This document shows, one piece after another, positions 8,356 through 18,517 of a DNA stretch of 54,935 nucleotides; position 1 is the first letter of the stretch; every line of letters begins with the position of its first letter. The position numbers and the translations under genes were made by a program. Under the pieces are notes generated by a model. That model saw nothing but the letters and a program-made list of their open reading frames with translations. It was not told the origin of the DNA and made no database searches. Origin of the DNA: a virus (lineage: Duplodnaviria; Caudoviricetes); IMG/VR virus record IMGVR_UViG_3300025353_000003, positions 1 to 54,935 of that record; one strand, written 5' to 3'.

Positions 8356-8418
8356 AAATGAGGCTTTTCAATATGAGAAAAATAAGCGATAATTATATTA
8401 AACAATCTTCTAGGACTC

Positions 8419-8751
8419 GTGATGACTTCTGACACAAAGAAGCCCAGTGGTGGGCAAATAGGTAATACAAATCAGCAGGTGCGCGGAGCGTTTGCTGCAA
8501 TGCTAAGACGCAAGGTAACACAAAATCCAAAGAAGCTTGAGGCGATTGTGGATAACCTGCTTACGCTGGCTGAGGCTGGTGAGTCATGGGCGGTACGGGA
8601 ATTGAGCGACCGACTAGACGGGAAGGCTATTGCTGCTGTTGAAATGAGCGGACCAGACGGCAACCCAATCGAGGTAGAACAAGCAGGTACATTTGCAAAA
8701 GAGCTGATGGCGGTGCTGTTGTCAAAACGTCAAAAGGAGTCGGGAAATTGA
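8419..8751 (+). CDS. putative terminase small subunit
   Basis: GGQIGNTN N-terminus, helical core, VEMSGPDGNPIEV C-terminal motif; upstream of TerL. Confidence 0.6.
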   Translation: MMTSDTKKPSGGQIGNTNQQVRGAFAAMLRRKVTQNPKKLEAIVDNLLTLAEAGESWAVRELSDRLDGKAIAAVEMSGPDGNPIEVEQAGTFAKELMAVLLSKRQKESGN

Positions 8752-8993
8752 GCGAGCAGTTCAAACCGATGACTGCCCCTGACCCACACTGGGACGAAGA
8801 CGTCAAAGCAATGGAGCGTGGATTGCAGTTTTTTGCTGAACTCAAAAAGGAACGCGCAGTGCAAAAGCCCATGAACGCTTCTGAGATTGCTGGGTTATTT
8901 AACGTTAAGGCATCTACTCTTGATTCCAATGCAAATATCTTTAAGCTAATTGACGCAGTGCGGTTAGTAGAACAATTCCACGGGATTAAGTAA
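8748..8993 (+). CDS. hypothetical protein
   Basis: 81-aa ORF overlapping both neighbours. Confidence 0.6.
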   Translation: MSEQFKPMTAPDPHWDEDVKAMERGLQFFAELKKERAVQKPMNASEIAGLFNVKASTLDSNANIFKLIDAVRLVEQFHGIK

Positions 8994-10426
8994 TGCCCAC
9001 TGCTCTTGATAAAATCGTAGAGGATAAACTAAAGAACGCGCCAGACTTAAACTGCTTACCCGCTCCAATGCGAGCAGCGATTAAGGCAAGACTCACATGG
9101 CTATCAATTGCAAATGCTCATCAGATTAAGCCTGCTGGGGATTGGTGGTCAATCTGGTTACTGCTCGCTGGGCGCGGTGCAGGGAAAACGAGAACGGCAT
9201 CAGAGGAGATCTGGTGGGAGGCATGGACTGAGCCTGAGACAAGATGGCTCGTATCCGCGCCCACCAGTGCAGACGTGCGAGACACCTGCTTTGAGGGTGA
9301 GTCTGGAATACTGAACGTCATACCGCAGGAGATCATCGCTCCCAACGGATATAAATCATCACTCAATGAATTGACGCTAATCAACGGATCAATCATCAAA
9401 GGTATTCCCGCCAGTGAGCCAGGACGCTTCCGTGGTCCGCAGTTTCATGGTGGCTGGTTAGATGAACTCGCAGCATGGGATTACCTTGATGAGTCATGGG
9501 ATATGATTCAGTTCGGGATGCGCCTTGGGCAACGTCCAATCCTCATCTGCACGACTACTCCAAAGCCCAAGCCACTCATTGTTGACCTAGTAAACCGAGA
9601 CGGAGATGACGTTGCGTACGTTACGGCATCAACCTATGATAACATTGATAACCTCGCTCCGACGTTCAAGAAGCAGATCCTCCAATACGAGGGTACAAAC
9701 ATCGGTCGTCAAGAGTTATATGCCGAGCTGATTGACCCTGAGGAGTCAGGCATCATCAAGCGAGACTGGTTCAAGCTCTGGCCAGCTAGTAAGCCCCTGC
9801 CTCAGTTTCAATACGTCATTCAATCGTACGACTGCGCCACAAGCGACAAAACCGCGAACGACCCGACTGCCTGCGTAGTATTAGGAATCTTTAAACCTAG
9901 CCCAGACAAGCCAATGTCCGCGATGGTTATCGACTGCTGGACCGAACACATGCAGTATCCCGAGCTGAGACCGAGGGTCGTTGAGGAGTATGCCTCAATC
10001 TATGGCGATGACGACGAATGGGGCAACGGCAAAAAGGTAGACATGGTTCTGATTGAGGATAAGTCCGCAGGCATCTCATTGATTCAGGACTTACAGCGTG
10101 CAGGTCTACCAATCCGTCCGTACAATCCTGGCATGGCGGATAAGACCCAACGCTTAAACATCGTCAGTCCAATCATCGCAAAGGGTCTGGTATATCTACC
10201 CGAGTCCACGGAGAAGAAGGGACATCCGAGGAGTTGGTGTGGTCCATTCCTCAATCAACTTTGTGCATTCCCTGAGGTTCGGCATGATGACCTTGTTGAC
10301 GCTACCAGTCAAGCTTTGAGGTATTTGAGGGATTCTGGTTGGCTCGTCACAGATTTCATTTATAATGACGAGGATAAATACGTTGATGAAACCAAACCAC
10401 GCAGGGTAAATCCATATGCCGCTTAA
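8993..10426 (+). CDS. terL: terminase large subunit
   Basis: Walker A AGRGAGKT, Walker B GWLDELAAW, coupling motif TTTPKP, nuclease motifs QSYDCA, IEDKSAG, HDDLVDATSQAL. Confidence 0.95.
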   Translation: MPTALDKIVEDKLKNAPDLNCLPAPMRAAIKARLTWLSIANAHQIKPAGDWWSIWLLLAGRGAGKTRTASEEIWWEAWTEPETRWLVSAPTSADVRDTCFEGESGILNVIPQEIIAPNGYKSSLNELTLINGSIIKGIPASEPGRFRGPQFHGGWLDELAAWDYLDESWDMIQFGMRLGQRPILICTTTPKPKPLIVDLVNRDGDDVAYVTASTYDNIDNLAPTFKKQILQYEGTNIGRQELYAELIDPEESGIIKRDWFKLWPASKPLPQFQYVIQSYDCATSDKTANDPTACVVLGIFKPSPDKPMSAMVIDCWTEHMQYPELRPRVVEEYASIYGDDDEWGNGKKVDMVLIEDKSAGISLIQDLQRAGLPIRPYNPGMADKTQRLNIVSPIIAKGLVYLPESTEKKGHPRSWCGPFLNQLCAFPEVRHDDLVDATSQALRYLRDSGWLVTDFIYNDEDKYVDETKPRRVNPYAA

Positions 10427-13400
10427 CGAGTGGGACGATAACAGCATTCCCTTACCTGAGTCGCAGGACTTGATGCGTTATGAATTAGCTCGTAAAGGTT
10501 CAATGCCTTTGCAATCAAATGGATCCGATGTACCGTTGTTACCATCCGAGGCAGCAGGTCAGTATGTACCAGTCCCAATCGAGAAACCCCAGCCGTATTC
10601 CACAGCGACAAATATCTATCAAGCAGCAGCCGATAGGTTAGGCTTGACTGCAGTGCCACAGGCTCTCATGGCAGCTATGAGTAGCTTCCCCTCTGAGGTA
10701 GCGAAGGGCATCGGTCAACCTGAGGCAAGTGCTGTCCTACAGTATCAACCGACTTCCCGCTCTGCCAATCAAATGCTTCAAGCGTATGATCAATTTCATC
10801 CCCTAGGTAGTAATATGGGAGTTGGTCCTCTGCCTGAGACATGGCAACTGCCCGCCTCACTCACAGCTAATGACCTGAGAGTAGTCGCTAAGCAGAACCT
10901 AGAACGAATTAGAGAAGCTGCACGGATTAAAGAAGATTTTCAAAATGCTCAATCAGGTATACGTCGTGAGAGCAACCTCGGAGGTAACACCTACGGAGCG
11001 AACATTCAAAGTGCAGCCGAAGGAGTGGGCGACGTACTAGCGAGTCGGCAAGCTGCAGGTAAATCAGCAATCCCAGGAATACCAGACATAATCCCCGAGA
11101 CCAATATGTACGCTGTGCGTCCAGTGGGTCAGGGTCAATACATTGAGCCGACAGACCTGCCTAATGGAACTTCAGCACTCGGTAAGGTTTACGGAAACCT
11201 CGCTAATGAGATGGCTTATGGTCTTAAATTTGAGCCTGATGCCGAATCTAGATTTCAAGATTACTATAATCACTTTTTGATGACCACTCCTGAACTTGAG
11301 CAGGCATGGCAGGACTTTGCTTCTAATAAAATCTCCGAGATGTATCCCGATGCGCCAGATGCACCCGCTGCTCGTAGTGCATTTAACATGGCATTCCCAG
11401 GAGAAGTGGGCAGTGCTGAGCGATTGAAAATGATAGAAGAATTCAGAAGCTCTCCCGAGGCAATCGAGGCTGTTCAAAAAAGAGCGGATTACCGTCAAGC
11501 CCTACATGATGAACTCTACCTACTCAAAAATGCACCACGTAAAGGATTGACAGAGTCAGAACGTGAGGTAAAGAATGAAGAAGTTGAAAAGGTAGAAAAG
11601 TTACTCTCTAAAACAAAAAGTGCCCACCTACCCACTCAAGCTGAAATAGATGAACGCATCAAGGCGATTCATCAATACCTCGGTAAAGAATTTAAGACTG
11701 ACCTTACAAAGTGGGTTGGTACGGGACAAGGTCCAATGATGGAACTCGCTAAGCGAGGTATCACTCACCTGCCAGCTAGTGAGATATTGGGTCTTAGGGT
11801 TAATGACTCTACAAGTGCTGCCTCACAAATATTAAGAGAACGAAGAACCGAAGCAGGTATGCCGAGTGAAGGATTAGCGGGACAACTCCTCAATACAAAA
11901 AACGCTGAGATTAAAACCGCTACCGATGCATTCAATAAGCTCAACAGCCGTAAGAACCAGTTGGCTATGCAGAGCCAAGCGGAACTCCCTGACACTGACC
12001 CCACTGCTAACCCAATCCTCGGTGCTGAATACAAAGAGTTGACTAACCAGATTGACAATGCTTTTCGTGCAAAGTCTAAGTTAGAAAAAGAAGCTGAGAA
12101 CCTCAAAGTAGCTCAGGCATATGAGGCATTAAATGATTTAGCATATCAACCAACCACTGCTGGACGTATGCGTAATATGCCATATGGTCAACAACAGTTC
12201 TACCCTAATCTATTTAACAAAAAAGAGGGAGAGTTTATTACTCCCAATGAAGCACCAATGTTCAATATAGAAGGCGAGCCAATTAGAGACCTCGGGTATT
12301 CACAATCTGCAAAAGCTTATACCCACGCAATCATGAATGGTGAGATTCCGTTAGACCCAAAAACTGGTAAACCTTCAGTCAAATTAGATAAGTTCATTGA
12401 AGAACATACCGCACCGCGTATACGTCAAGAAGAACGCGAGCGCATAGCTGAACGTGATAAACTCGGTAACCTCAATAAGTACATGAAGCAGGTAGTAGAT
12501 CAACTCCCAGCTGAATCTACATTCGGGAATACAAAGGCTCTTGAAATTACAGACGTAATGCCATGGGAAGATATCCGTCGTCATGTGAGCCTCGCTGGTC
12601 TTGTATTTGACCATTGCATTGCACAAAGCAACGCACCCCATCCAGGAATCAATCCATTCACAGGTCAAAAGTATACACACTCGTACCCTGTTGACCCTGT
12701 GACTGGTAAAGCTCGTCTGAATCCAGGAGAAGATGAGTCAGTTAACCATGCTAGCTCATACATGACGGGTACACGAGCAGGTGAAAAGCGTATTACAGTA
12801 CTCATGGATAAAGAGTCGGGAATGCCCGTCGGTGCAATTGAGTTTAGAGATCAAAGAGACGGCAAATTTAACCTCGGATATATGCAGGCTCATAAAACCG
12901 ACTCAATTAGCAGACCATATAGAGAAGCATTTAAGGATTACCTAAATGCGCGCTCAGATATTATCCGCGGAGCTGGCAATGACCTTTCTAAGCATGACAT
13001 AATTGATACCTCGGTAGCTGGTTGGGAGTCTAAAGCATCTCAAACCTTAGGTATCCCGAAAGCTGATATAGTTCAATTAAACCTACCGCGCTTTGTTTCT
13101 AAAGAAGATATCAAAAATGCAGCTCCCGCGCCCAGTGCTACCCTTGCTAATGTTGACACTCATGCTAGCCTAATTGCTAGAAAGAATCAGTTAGTAGATC
13201 ATATTGAAGAATACAGACATGACCTACGTGATGCCCAACGGGATGACCCAACGGATCATGAAGAACATGAACGCATTCAAGGAATGATGGATGAGGCTCG
13301 CAATCAGATTGCAGACGTTAATTCTCGCTTAGAGAATATATCCAATAATGTACGTAATGCTCCAGCTATGCCAATTGACAGATATAATCGAGATCGCATA

Positions 13401-14057
13401 CCTACTCCAAGGGATATAGCTGATGCATATCTTGATGCTCAATATACACGTAGAATTAATGGAGACTTAGCACCAAACAATCCTCCACCTGAAGGTCATA
13501 AAAAAGGTGGCATCATTCGCATGAACCAAGGTGGTACTCCCAATCCAGAAGATACCTACGGTACATTCTCTTACACTCCAGACTATTATGCTGAAGTTGC
13601 GGATAATATAAGCCCTGAAGGTCGCAGTGGGGGTTATAATGATGCAGCGCGTCATGTTCTTGCAGCTGCTGATTTGACTCGTAGAATTGAAAGTGTACCG
13701 TTAATTGGTAAATACATTGCTGACCCTATAGTGAATGCTGCTGGGCATGTACATGAATATGCCAATTATTTAGAGAATATTGGTGGTAAAAAGCCTCAAA
13801 CCATCGAGGACATGCAACAAGATCTATATAATAATGCAGTAGGTAGGAAGTTAGGTGCAGGCTCTAAAAGTTTTCAAGAAATCATAGACAGAACTCCAGC
13901 CGTGCTAGACGTAGCCCCTTACCGAAAAGAAGAAGGTAAAGTATTTGTGCGTAATCCAAATGAAGTAAAAACACCCTATAAACCATTTGGTGCATTTAAT
14001 GAGGGTGGTTCGGTTAATACTGATGACATGCGTTACGAATTATTAAGGAAGAACTAA
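10416..14057 (+). CDS. large multidomain (polyvalent-like) virion-associated protein
   Basis: 1213 aa; coiled coils; PcfJ-like segment (DHCIAQ...ITVLMDKESGMPVGAIEF); C-terminal DAARH...HE...DLYNNAVGR domain; KKGG motifs. Confidence 0.6.
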   Translation: MPLNEWDDNSIPLPESQDLMRYELARKGSMPLQSNGSDVPLLPSEAAGQYVPVPIEKPQPYSTATNIYQAAADRLGLTAVPQALMAAMSSFPSEVAKGIGQPEASAVLQYQPTSRSANQMLQAYDQFHPLGSNMGVGPLPETWQLPASLTANDLRVVAKQNLERIREAARIKEDFQNAQSGIRRESNLGGNTYGANIQSAAEGVGDVLASRQAAGKSAIPGIPDIIPETNMYAVRPVGQGQYIEPTDLPNGTSALGKVYGNLANEMAYGLKFEPDAESRFQDYYNHFLMTTPELEQAWQDFASNKISEMYPDAPDAPAARSAFNMAFPGEVGSAERLKMIEEFRSSPEAIEAVQKRADYRQALHDELYLLKNAPRKGLTESEREVKNEEVEKVEKLLSKTKSAHLPTQAEIDERIKAIHQYLGKEFKTDLTKWVGTGQGPMMELAKRGITHLPASEILGLRVNDSTSAASQILRERRTEAGMPSEGLAGQLLNTKNAEIKTATDAFNKLNSRKNQLAMQSQAELPDTDPTANPILGAEYKELTNQIDNAFRAKSKLEKEAENLKVAQAYEALNDLAYQPTTAGRMRNMPYGQQQFYPNLFNKKEGEFITPNEAPMFNIEGEPIRDLGYSQSAKAYTHAIMNGEIPLDPKTGKPSVKLDKFIEEHTAPRIRQEERERIAERDKLGNLNKYMKQVVDQLPAESTFGNTKALEITDVMPWEDIRRHVSLAGLVFDHCIAQSNAPHPGINPFTGQKYTHSYPVDPVTGKARLNPGEDESVNHASSYMTGTRAGEKRITVLMDKESGMPVGAIEFRDQRDGKFNLGYMQAHKTDSISRPYREAFKDYLNARSDIIRGAGNDLSKHDIIDTSVAGWESKASQTLGIPKADIVQLNLPRFVSKEDIKNAAPAPSATLANVDTHASLIARKNQLVDHIEEYRHDLRDAQRDDPTDHEEHERIQGMMDEARNQIADVNSRLENISNNVRNAPAMPIDRYNRDRIPTPRDIADAYLDAQYTRRINGDLAPNNPPPEGHKKGGIIRMNQGGTPNPEDTYGTFSYTPDYYAEVADNISPEGRSGGYNDAARHVLAAADLTRRIESVPLIGKYIADPIVNAAGHVHEYANYLENIGGKKPQTIEDMQQDLYNNAVGRKLGAGSKSFQEIIDRTPAVLDVAPYRKEEGKVFVRNPNEVKTPYKPFGAFNEGGSVNTDDMRYELLRKN

Positions 14058-16693
14058 TGGCCACTCAAATGCCGATACCGCAAGACTATAACCGCCATAT
14101 TGATGGTGTAGAAGACGATACTGATGATGAATCCATCTATGAAATATTAGATGAAGAATCAGATGTAGAAGAATTGCCAGATGGTTCGGCTATCGTTCGT
14201 TTAGAAGACTTAAAAGGACCAGAAGACAATCCAGACTTCTATGAGAACCTTGCAGATTCAAGTATTGATAGCTGGGAATTAGATAAAATTGCTATAAAGT
14301 ATCTCGACTTAATCGAGAAAGATAAAGAAGCTCGAGAAGATCGCGATAAACAATACGAAGATGGTTTACGTAGAACAGGCTTGGGGCAAGATGCTCCTGG
14401 CGGTGCTCAATTCGCTGGAGCCTCAAAGGTAGTGCATCCAGTAATGGCAGAAGCCTGTGTAGACTTTGCAGCGCGAGCAATCAAAGAGTTATTCCCAGCT
14501 GAAGGACCAGTAAGAACTAAGATCATTGGCGAGGCTACAGAGGAAAAAACTGCTCGGGCAGAGCGTAAACGTGATTATATGAATTGGCAGTTGACCGAGC
14601 AGATTGAAGAGTATAGAGATGAAGAAGAGCAAATGCTCACTCAACTCCCACTCGGTGGCTCACAGTATATGAAGATGTGGTACGATGAACGAAAGAAACG
14701 TCCATGTGCGGAGTTTGTCCCGATTGATAATATCTACCTACCCTTCGCTGCTGGTAACTTCTATACCGCTGCACGAGTTACTGAGGTGCAAGACATAACT
14801 CAAGAAGAATTTGACATTCGTGTCAATTCAGGGCTTTATGCAGACTTAGAAGTATACCGTGCTAGTCAAGAGCCTGATGAGTCAAAAGCTGAAAAGGCGA
14901 ATAACAAGATTGAAGGTCGCAGTTCACAAGCTGACAATATTGATGGTATCCGCAGAGTATTTCATATCTTTACATGGTTAGAATTAGAAGATGATAACCT
15001 AAGTAAAACAGAGCGTGCACCTTACATTCTAATGATTGATGAGAATGAACGCTCAGTCGTAGGTTTATACAGAAACTGGGAGGATGGTGATGACACCTTC
15101 ACTAAGTTGGACTGGCTTATTGAGTTTAAATTCATACCTTGGCGTGGCGCTTATGCTATTGGCTTACCTCATCTTATTGGTGGGCTTAGTGCTGCTCTTA
15201 CTGGTGCATTACGTGCTTTATTGGACTCCGCCCACATCAACACCGCGCCCACAATGCTCAAGCTTAAAGGGGCTAAAATCAGTGGGCAATCGACTGTTAT
15301 TGAGCCTACGCAAGTTTCTGAGATTGAAGGAGCGCCAGGAGTAGACGATATTCGTAAGATTGCTATGGCTGTGCCTTTCAATCAACCGAGTCCTGTCTTA
15401 TTTCAACTTTTAGGATGGTTAACTGCAGCTGCAAAAGGAGTGGTAACCACTGCAGAAGAGAAGATTGCTGACGCAAGTAATAATATGCCTGTCGGAACTG
15501 CTCAAGCTCTAATTGAGCAAGGCTCAGTAGTGTTCTCATCAATCCATTCGCGATTACATGACTCACAACGCAGAGTATTCAAGGTTTTAACCCGCTTAAA
15601 TCGCTGGTATCTTGATGAACAGCGTAAAACTGAGATTGTTGCAGATTTAGAAATCACTCAAGAGGACTTTACTTATAATTCTGACGTTATTCCTGTCTCT
15701 GACCCACATATTTTTGCTGAAAGTCAGCGTTATGCCCAGATTCAAACCCTCGCAGCGCGTGCACAGGCTAATCCAGACCTATATAACCGCATAGAAGTTG
15801 AAAAGCGCATTCTCAAGCAGATCAAAATACCTGATATTAATGGAATTCTGCCCGATCCGCATGAAGTTGAGAATATGAACCCAGCTTTAGAGAATGTATC
15901 AATGACCCTCGGCAGACCAGTAGGTGCATTCCCGAATCAGGATCACCTCGCTCACTTCTTGACCCATTTGTCTTATGCAAAAGATCCAATTTTTGGGGCT
16001 AACCCAATTGTGGCTCCTCAATTTGTGCCTGCTTGCCTTGAGCATTTAAAGCAACATTTAACTTTATGGTATTTGAATCAGGTAGACGGATATGCTAGTG
16101 TGGCACTTGGTAAACCCTTCAATGCTCTAAAAGTACAAGAGGTTATTCAAGAGGCTCAAAAACTATTGGCTGTAGCCACGCAGCACGTTCATCAAGACTC
16201 TGCTCAAAACTTATCCGAAGTAGGTCAAGGTATTCAGCAGATGATGCAATTGATGAAGACTCTACAACAGCAACAGCCTCTACCACCTACTGACCCTAAT
16301 ATCATAGCTCAGGTTAATGCCCTCACACAAACTGCTATGGCTGAGACTACACGCAAACAGGCTGTGGATTCTGCTGAACTTCAATTGAAAGCGCAGAAAC
16401 AGAATCAAGATGCGCAAGAGAAAGAGGCTCAAATTGTGAGTCAGCAACAGATCGAAGCTGCAAAATTGACACATGCCGTAAATGTTATGACGATTGAAAA
16501 ACAATTTGAAGCAAAGCAGGCAGAAGTTCAGCATCAACAGGCGATGCAGCAAGCAGCGCAGCAACATGTTCAAAATACGCAACAATCCGCTCAAGAAGCC
16601 GAGCAATCAGCAATGCAACAGCAATTAGCAGCGCAAACAGAAGCACAACAATCTACAGCAGCACAACCTACTCAAGGAGAATTAAATGTCTGA
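14057..16693 (+). CDS. portal protein
   Basis: 878 aa after TerL; FAGASKVVHPVMAEACVDF, ALRALLDSAHIN, PVGTAQALIEQG motifs typical of P22-like large portals; Q/A-rich C-terminal barrel. Confidence 0.85.
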   Translation: MATQMPIPQDYNRHIDGVEDDTDDESIYEILDEESDVEELPDGSAIVRLEDLKGPEDNPDFYENLADSSIDSWELDKIAIKYLDLIEKDKEAREDRDKQYEDGLRRTGLGQDAPGGAQFAGASKVVHPVMAEACVDFAARAIKELFPAEGPVRTKIIGEATEEKTARAERKRDYMNWQLTEQIEEYRDEEEQMLTQLPLGGSQYMKMWYDERKKRPCAEFVPIDNIYLPFAAGNFYTAARVTEVQDITQEEFDIRVNSGLYADLEVYRASQEPDESKAEKANNKIEGRSSQADNIDGIRRVFHIFTWLELEDDNLSKTERAPYILMIDENERSVVGLYRNWEDGDDTFTKLDWLIEFKFIPWRGAYAIGLPHLIGGLSAALTGALRALLDSAHINTAPTMLKLKGAKISGQSTVIEPTQVSEIEGAPGVDDIRKIAMAVPFNQPSPVLFQLLGWLTAAAKGVVTTAEEKIADASNNMPVGTAQALIEQGSVVFSSIHSRLHDSQRRVFKVLTRLNRWYLDEQRKTEIVADLEITQEDFTYNSDVIPVSDPHIFAESQRYAQIQTLAARAQANPDLYNRIEVEKRILKQIKIPDINGILPDPHEVENMNPALENVSMTLGRPVGAFPNQDHLAHFLTHLSYAKDPIFGANPIVAPQFVPACLEHLKQHLTLWYLNQVDGYASVALGKPFNALKVQEVIQEAQKLLAVATQHVHQDSAQNLSEVGQGIQQMMQLMKTLQQQQPLPPTDPNIIAQVNALTQTAMAETTRKQAVDSAELQLKAQKQNQDAQEKEAQIVSQQQIEAAKLTHAVNVMTIEKQFEAKQAEVQHQQAMQQAAQQHVQNTQQSAQEAEQSAMQQQLAAQTEAQQSTAAQPTQGELNV

Positions 16694-16910
16694 AGCAATT
16701 AGCGCACATAAAAAGATGGCAATGGGAATCACAGAAGGTAATGTGATGAAAAAAGGCGGTAAAGTAAAGAAATATGCAAATGGTGGGGCTGTTGCTGAAA
16801 GCAAAGCAGCTAATCTGCCAGCTAAAGGTTCACCACTTAAAGCTGATTTTAATGCGGGTAAAATTAAAGTTGCCACCATGAAAAAAGGTGGTGCAGCTCG
16901 TGGTCGTTGA
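16686..16910 (+). CDS. small basic protein with KKGG/ANGG repeats
   Basis: 74 aa; AAGGAG RBS; three xKxGG/xAxGG motifs. Confidence 0.7.
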   Translation: MSEAISAHKKMAMGITEGNVMKKGGKVKKYANGGAVAESKAANLPAKGSPLKADFNAGKIKVATMKKGGAARGR

Positions 16911-17079
16911 TTTAATTGGTAAGCTAAAGAATAGGCGACTTGAAATCGCCCTTTCTCTTGCTGAAGGTGGGGCTATTAATATGGAAAGCTACCATCGCCT
17001 TGTAGGAATCAATTTAGGGCTTGCAGAAGCTCTTGATATGATTGACGAATTACTGAAAGAGCAAGACAAAGATTTGTAG
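16888..17079 (+). CDS. hypothetical head-region protein
   Basis: 63-aa helical ORF; true start may be GTG 16900. Confidence 0.65.
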   Translation: MVQLVVVDLIGKLKNRRLEIALSLAEGGAINMESYHRLVGINLGLAEALDMIDELLKEQDKDL

Positions 17080-17118
17080 TAAAACCGCTCTGTATAGAGC
17101 TTTTAAAAGGAGAGTCGC

Positions 17119-17541
17119 ATGACTTTTGATGTAGAACAAACGCTGCAAGAAGCATTTCCTGCAGTTGATCCAATGATCACACCCTTTGGTGCTCGCGTAC
17201 TAGTTCAGCTACGTGCCGTCAAAGAAAAAGTATCCAGCGCGGGTATATTACTCCCGTCTGAAACCAAAGAAACTGAAAAATGGAATACCCAAATCGGCAA
17301 AGTTCTAGCCGTTGGTCCTATTGCATTTAAACAGCGAGATACTAGTGAACCATGGCCAGAAGGCGCATGGGCTGAAGTCGGTGACTTCGTCCGTGTAGTT
17401 AAATGGGGTGGTGACCGATGGGAGGTCGACTATGTTGATGAAAATGGTTTGAATGGTAAGGCTCTATTTACCTTCTTTAACGACCATGAGTTAATCGGCA
17501 AAGTTACAGGGGATCCTCGTGCAATTAAAGCGTTCATTTAA
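17119..17541 (+). CDS. groES: GroES/Cpn10-like co-chaperonin
   Basis: PFGARVLVQ...SAGILLP...GKVLAVGP...VGDFV Cpn10 pattern; AAGGAG RBS. Confidence 0.8.
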   Translation: MTFDVEQTLQEAFPAVDPMITPFGARVLVQLRAVKEKVSSAGILLPSETKETEKWNTQIGKVLAVGPIAFKQRDTSEPWPEGAWAEVGDFVRVVKWGGDRWEVDYVDENGLNGKALFTFFNDHELIGKVTGDPRAIKAFI

Positions 17542-17561
17542 GTTTTGAAAGGAAAACTAGC

Positions 17562-18515
17562 ATGAATCCAACAGATAAAATGGAAACACAATTAGCAGTA
17601 GAAGAGTTACAAGATGGCGGTGCAGCAGTACAACTGCCAGATGGTGCATCAAATCCACAATCAACTGCAGAAGAGCATGATGATAATGACTTAGATGCAG
17701 GTGGAGATGATAACGATGAAGACCGCGAAAAGATTCGAGAGGCTAGACGTGAAGAACGTCGCTTGAAAAAGCAAATTCATCGTGAAAAAGTTAAAGAATC
17801 AAGTTCTCTTATAAATGCCCTAAAAAGACAGAACTCTGAACTATCTAACCGCTTAGCAGTTGTAGAGCGTAAAAGTTCAGGTGCTGAATTAGCTAGAGTT
17901 GATAAAGCAATTGAGGATGCTGGTGTTCAAGTTGAATATGCTAAGATGAAGCTATCCGAGGCAGTAGCTCAACAAGATGGGCAGGGAGTCACCCGCGCTC
18001 AGGAACTCTGGTATGAATCTAAGCGTAAACTTGAATCTCTTGAGAGCGTTAAGCATAATGCAACTCGCCAAATCAACCAACCACAACAGCAAAACATTCA
18101 AGTACCAGATCCTATGGTGCAAAAAATGGCTGCTGATTGGATGGAAGATAATCCATGGTATGACCCACGCGGTGGTAATGAAGAATCTGAAATTGCTCAA
18201 ATTGTTGACAAAAAACTTACAGCTGAGGGTTACGACCCAACTTCTGAAGATTATTGGGACGAACTAAGCGACCGCCTAAGCAAGTATATACCTAAACAAA
18301 GCCCTAGCGGTTCTAAACCCCAACAGAGACCAAGATCAGTTATGACCAGTTCAGGTAGAGATACTACAGCTACTACTAAGTCCAATGAATTCAGGATTAG
18401 TCCAGAGCGTGTGGCAGCAATGAAAGAAGCGGGTGCTTGGGAAAATCCTGAGTTACGTAAAAAGATGACACAGCGGTTCATAGATTATGACCGCGCAAAT
18501 AAGAATAGAGGTTAA
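17562..18515 (+). CDS. putative capsid scaffolding protein
   Basis: Acidic N-terminus, long coiled coil, WMEDNPWY motif; between portal and capsid genes. Confidence 0.6.
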   Translation: MNPTDKMETQLAVEELQDGGAAVQLPDGASNPQSTAEEHDDNDLDAGGDDNDEDREKIREARREERRLKKQIHREKVKESSSLINALKRQNSELSNRLAVVERKSSGAELARVDKAIEDAGVQVEYAKMKLSEAVAQQDGQGVTRAQELWYESKRKLESLESVKHNATRQINQPQQQNIQVPDPMVQKMAADWMEDNPWYDPRGGNEESEIAQIVDKKLTAEGYDPTSEDYWDELSDRLSKYIPKQSPSGSKPQQRPRSVMTSSGRDTTATTKSNEFRISPERVAAMKEAGAWENPELRKKMTQRFIDYDRANKNRG

Positions 18516-18517
18516 TC

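Noticed and set aside
8123-8392. 89-aa ORF after the primase-helicase
   Set aside because: TTG start, and its sequence is made of the direct and inverted iteron repeats; better explained as a DNA element
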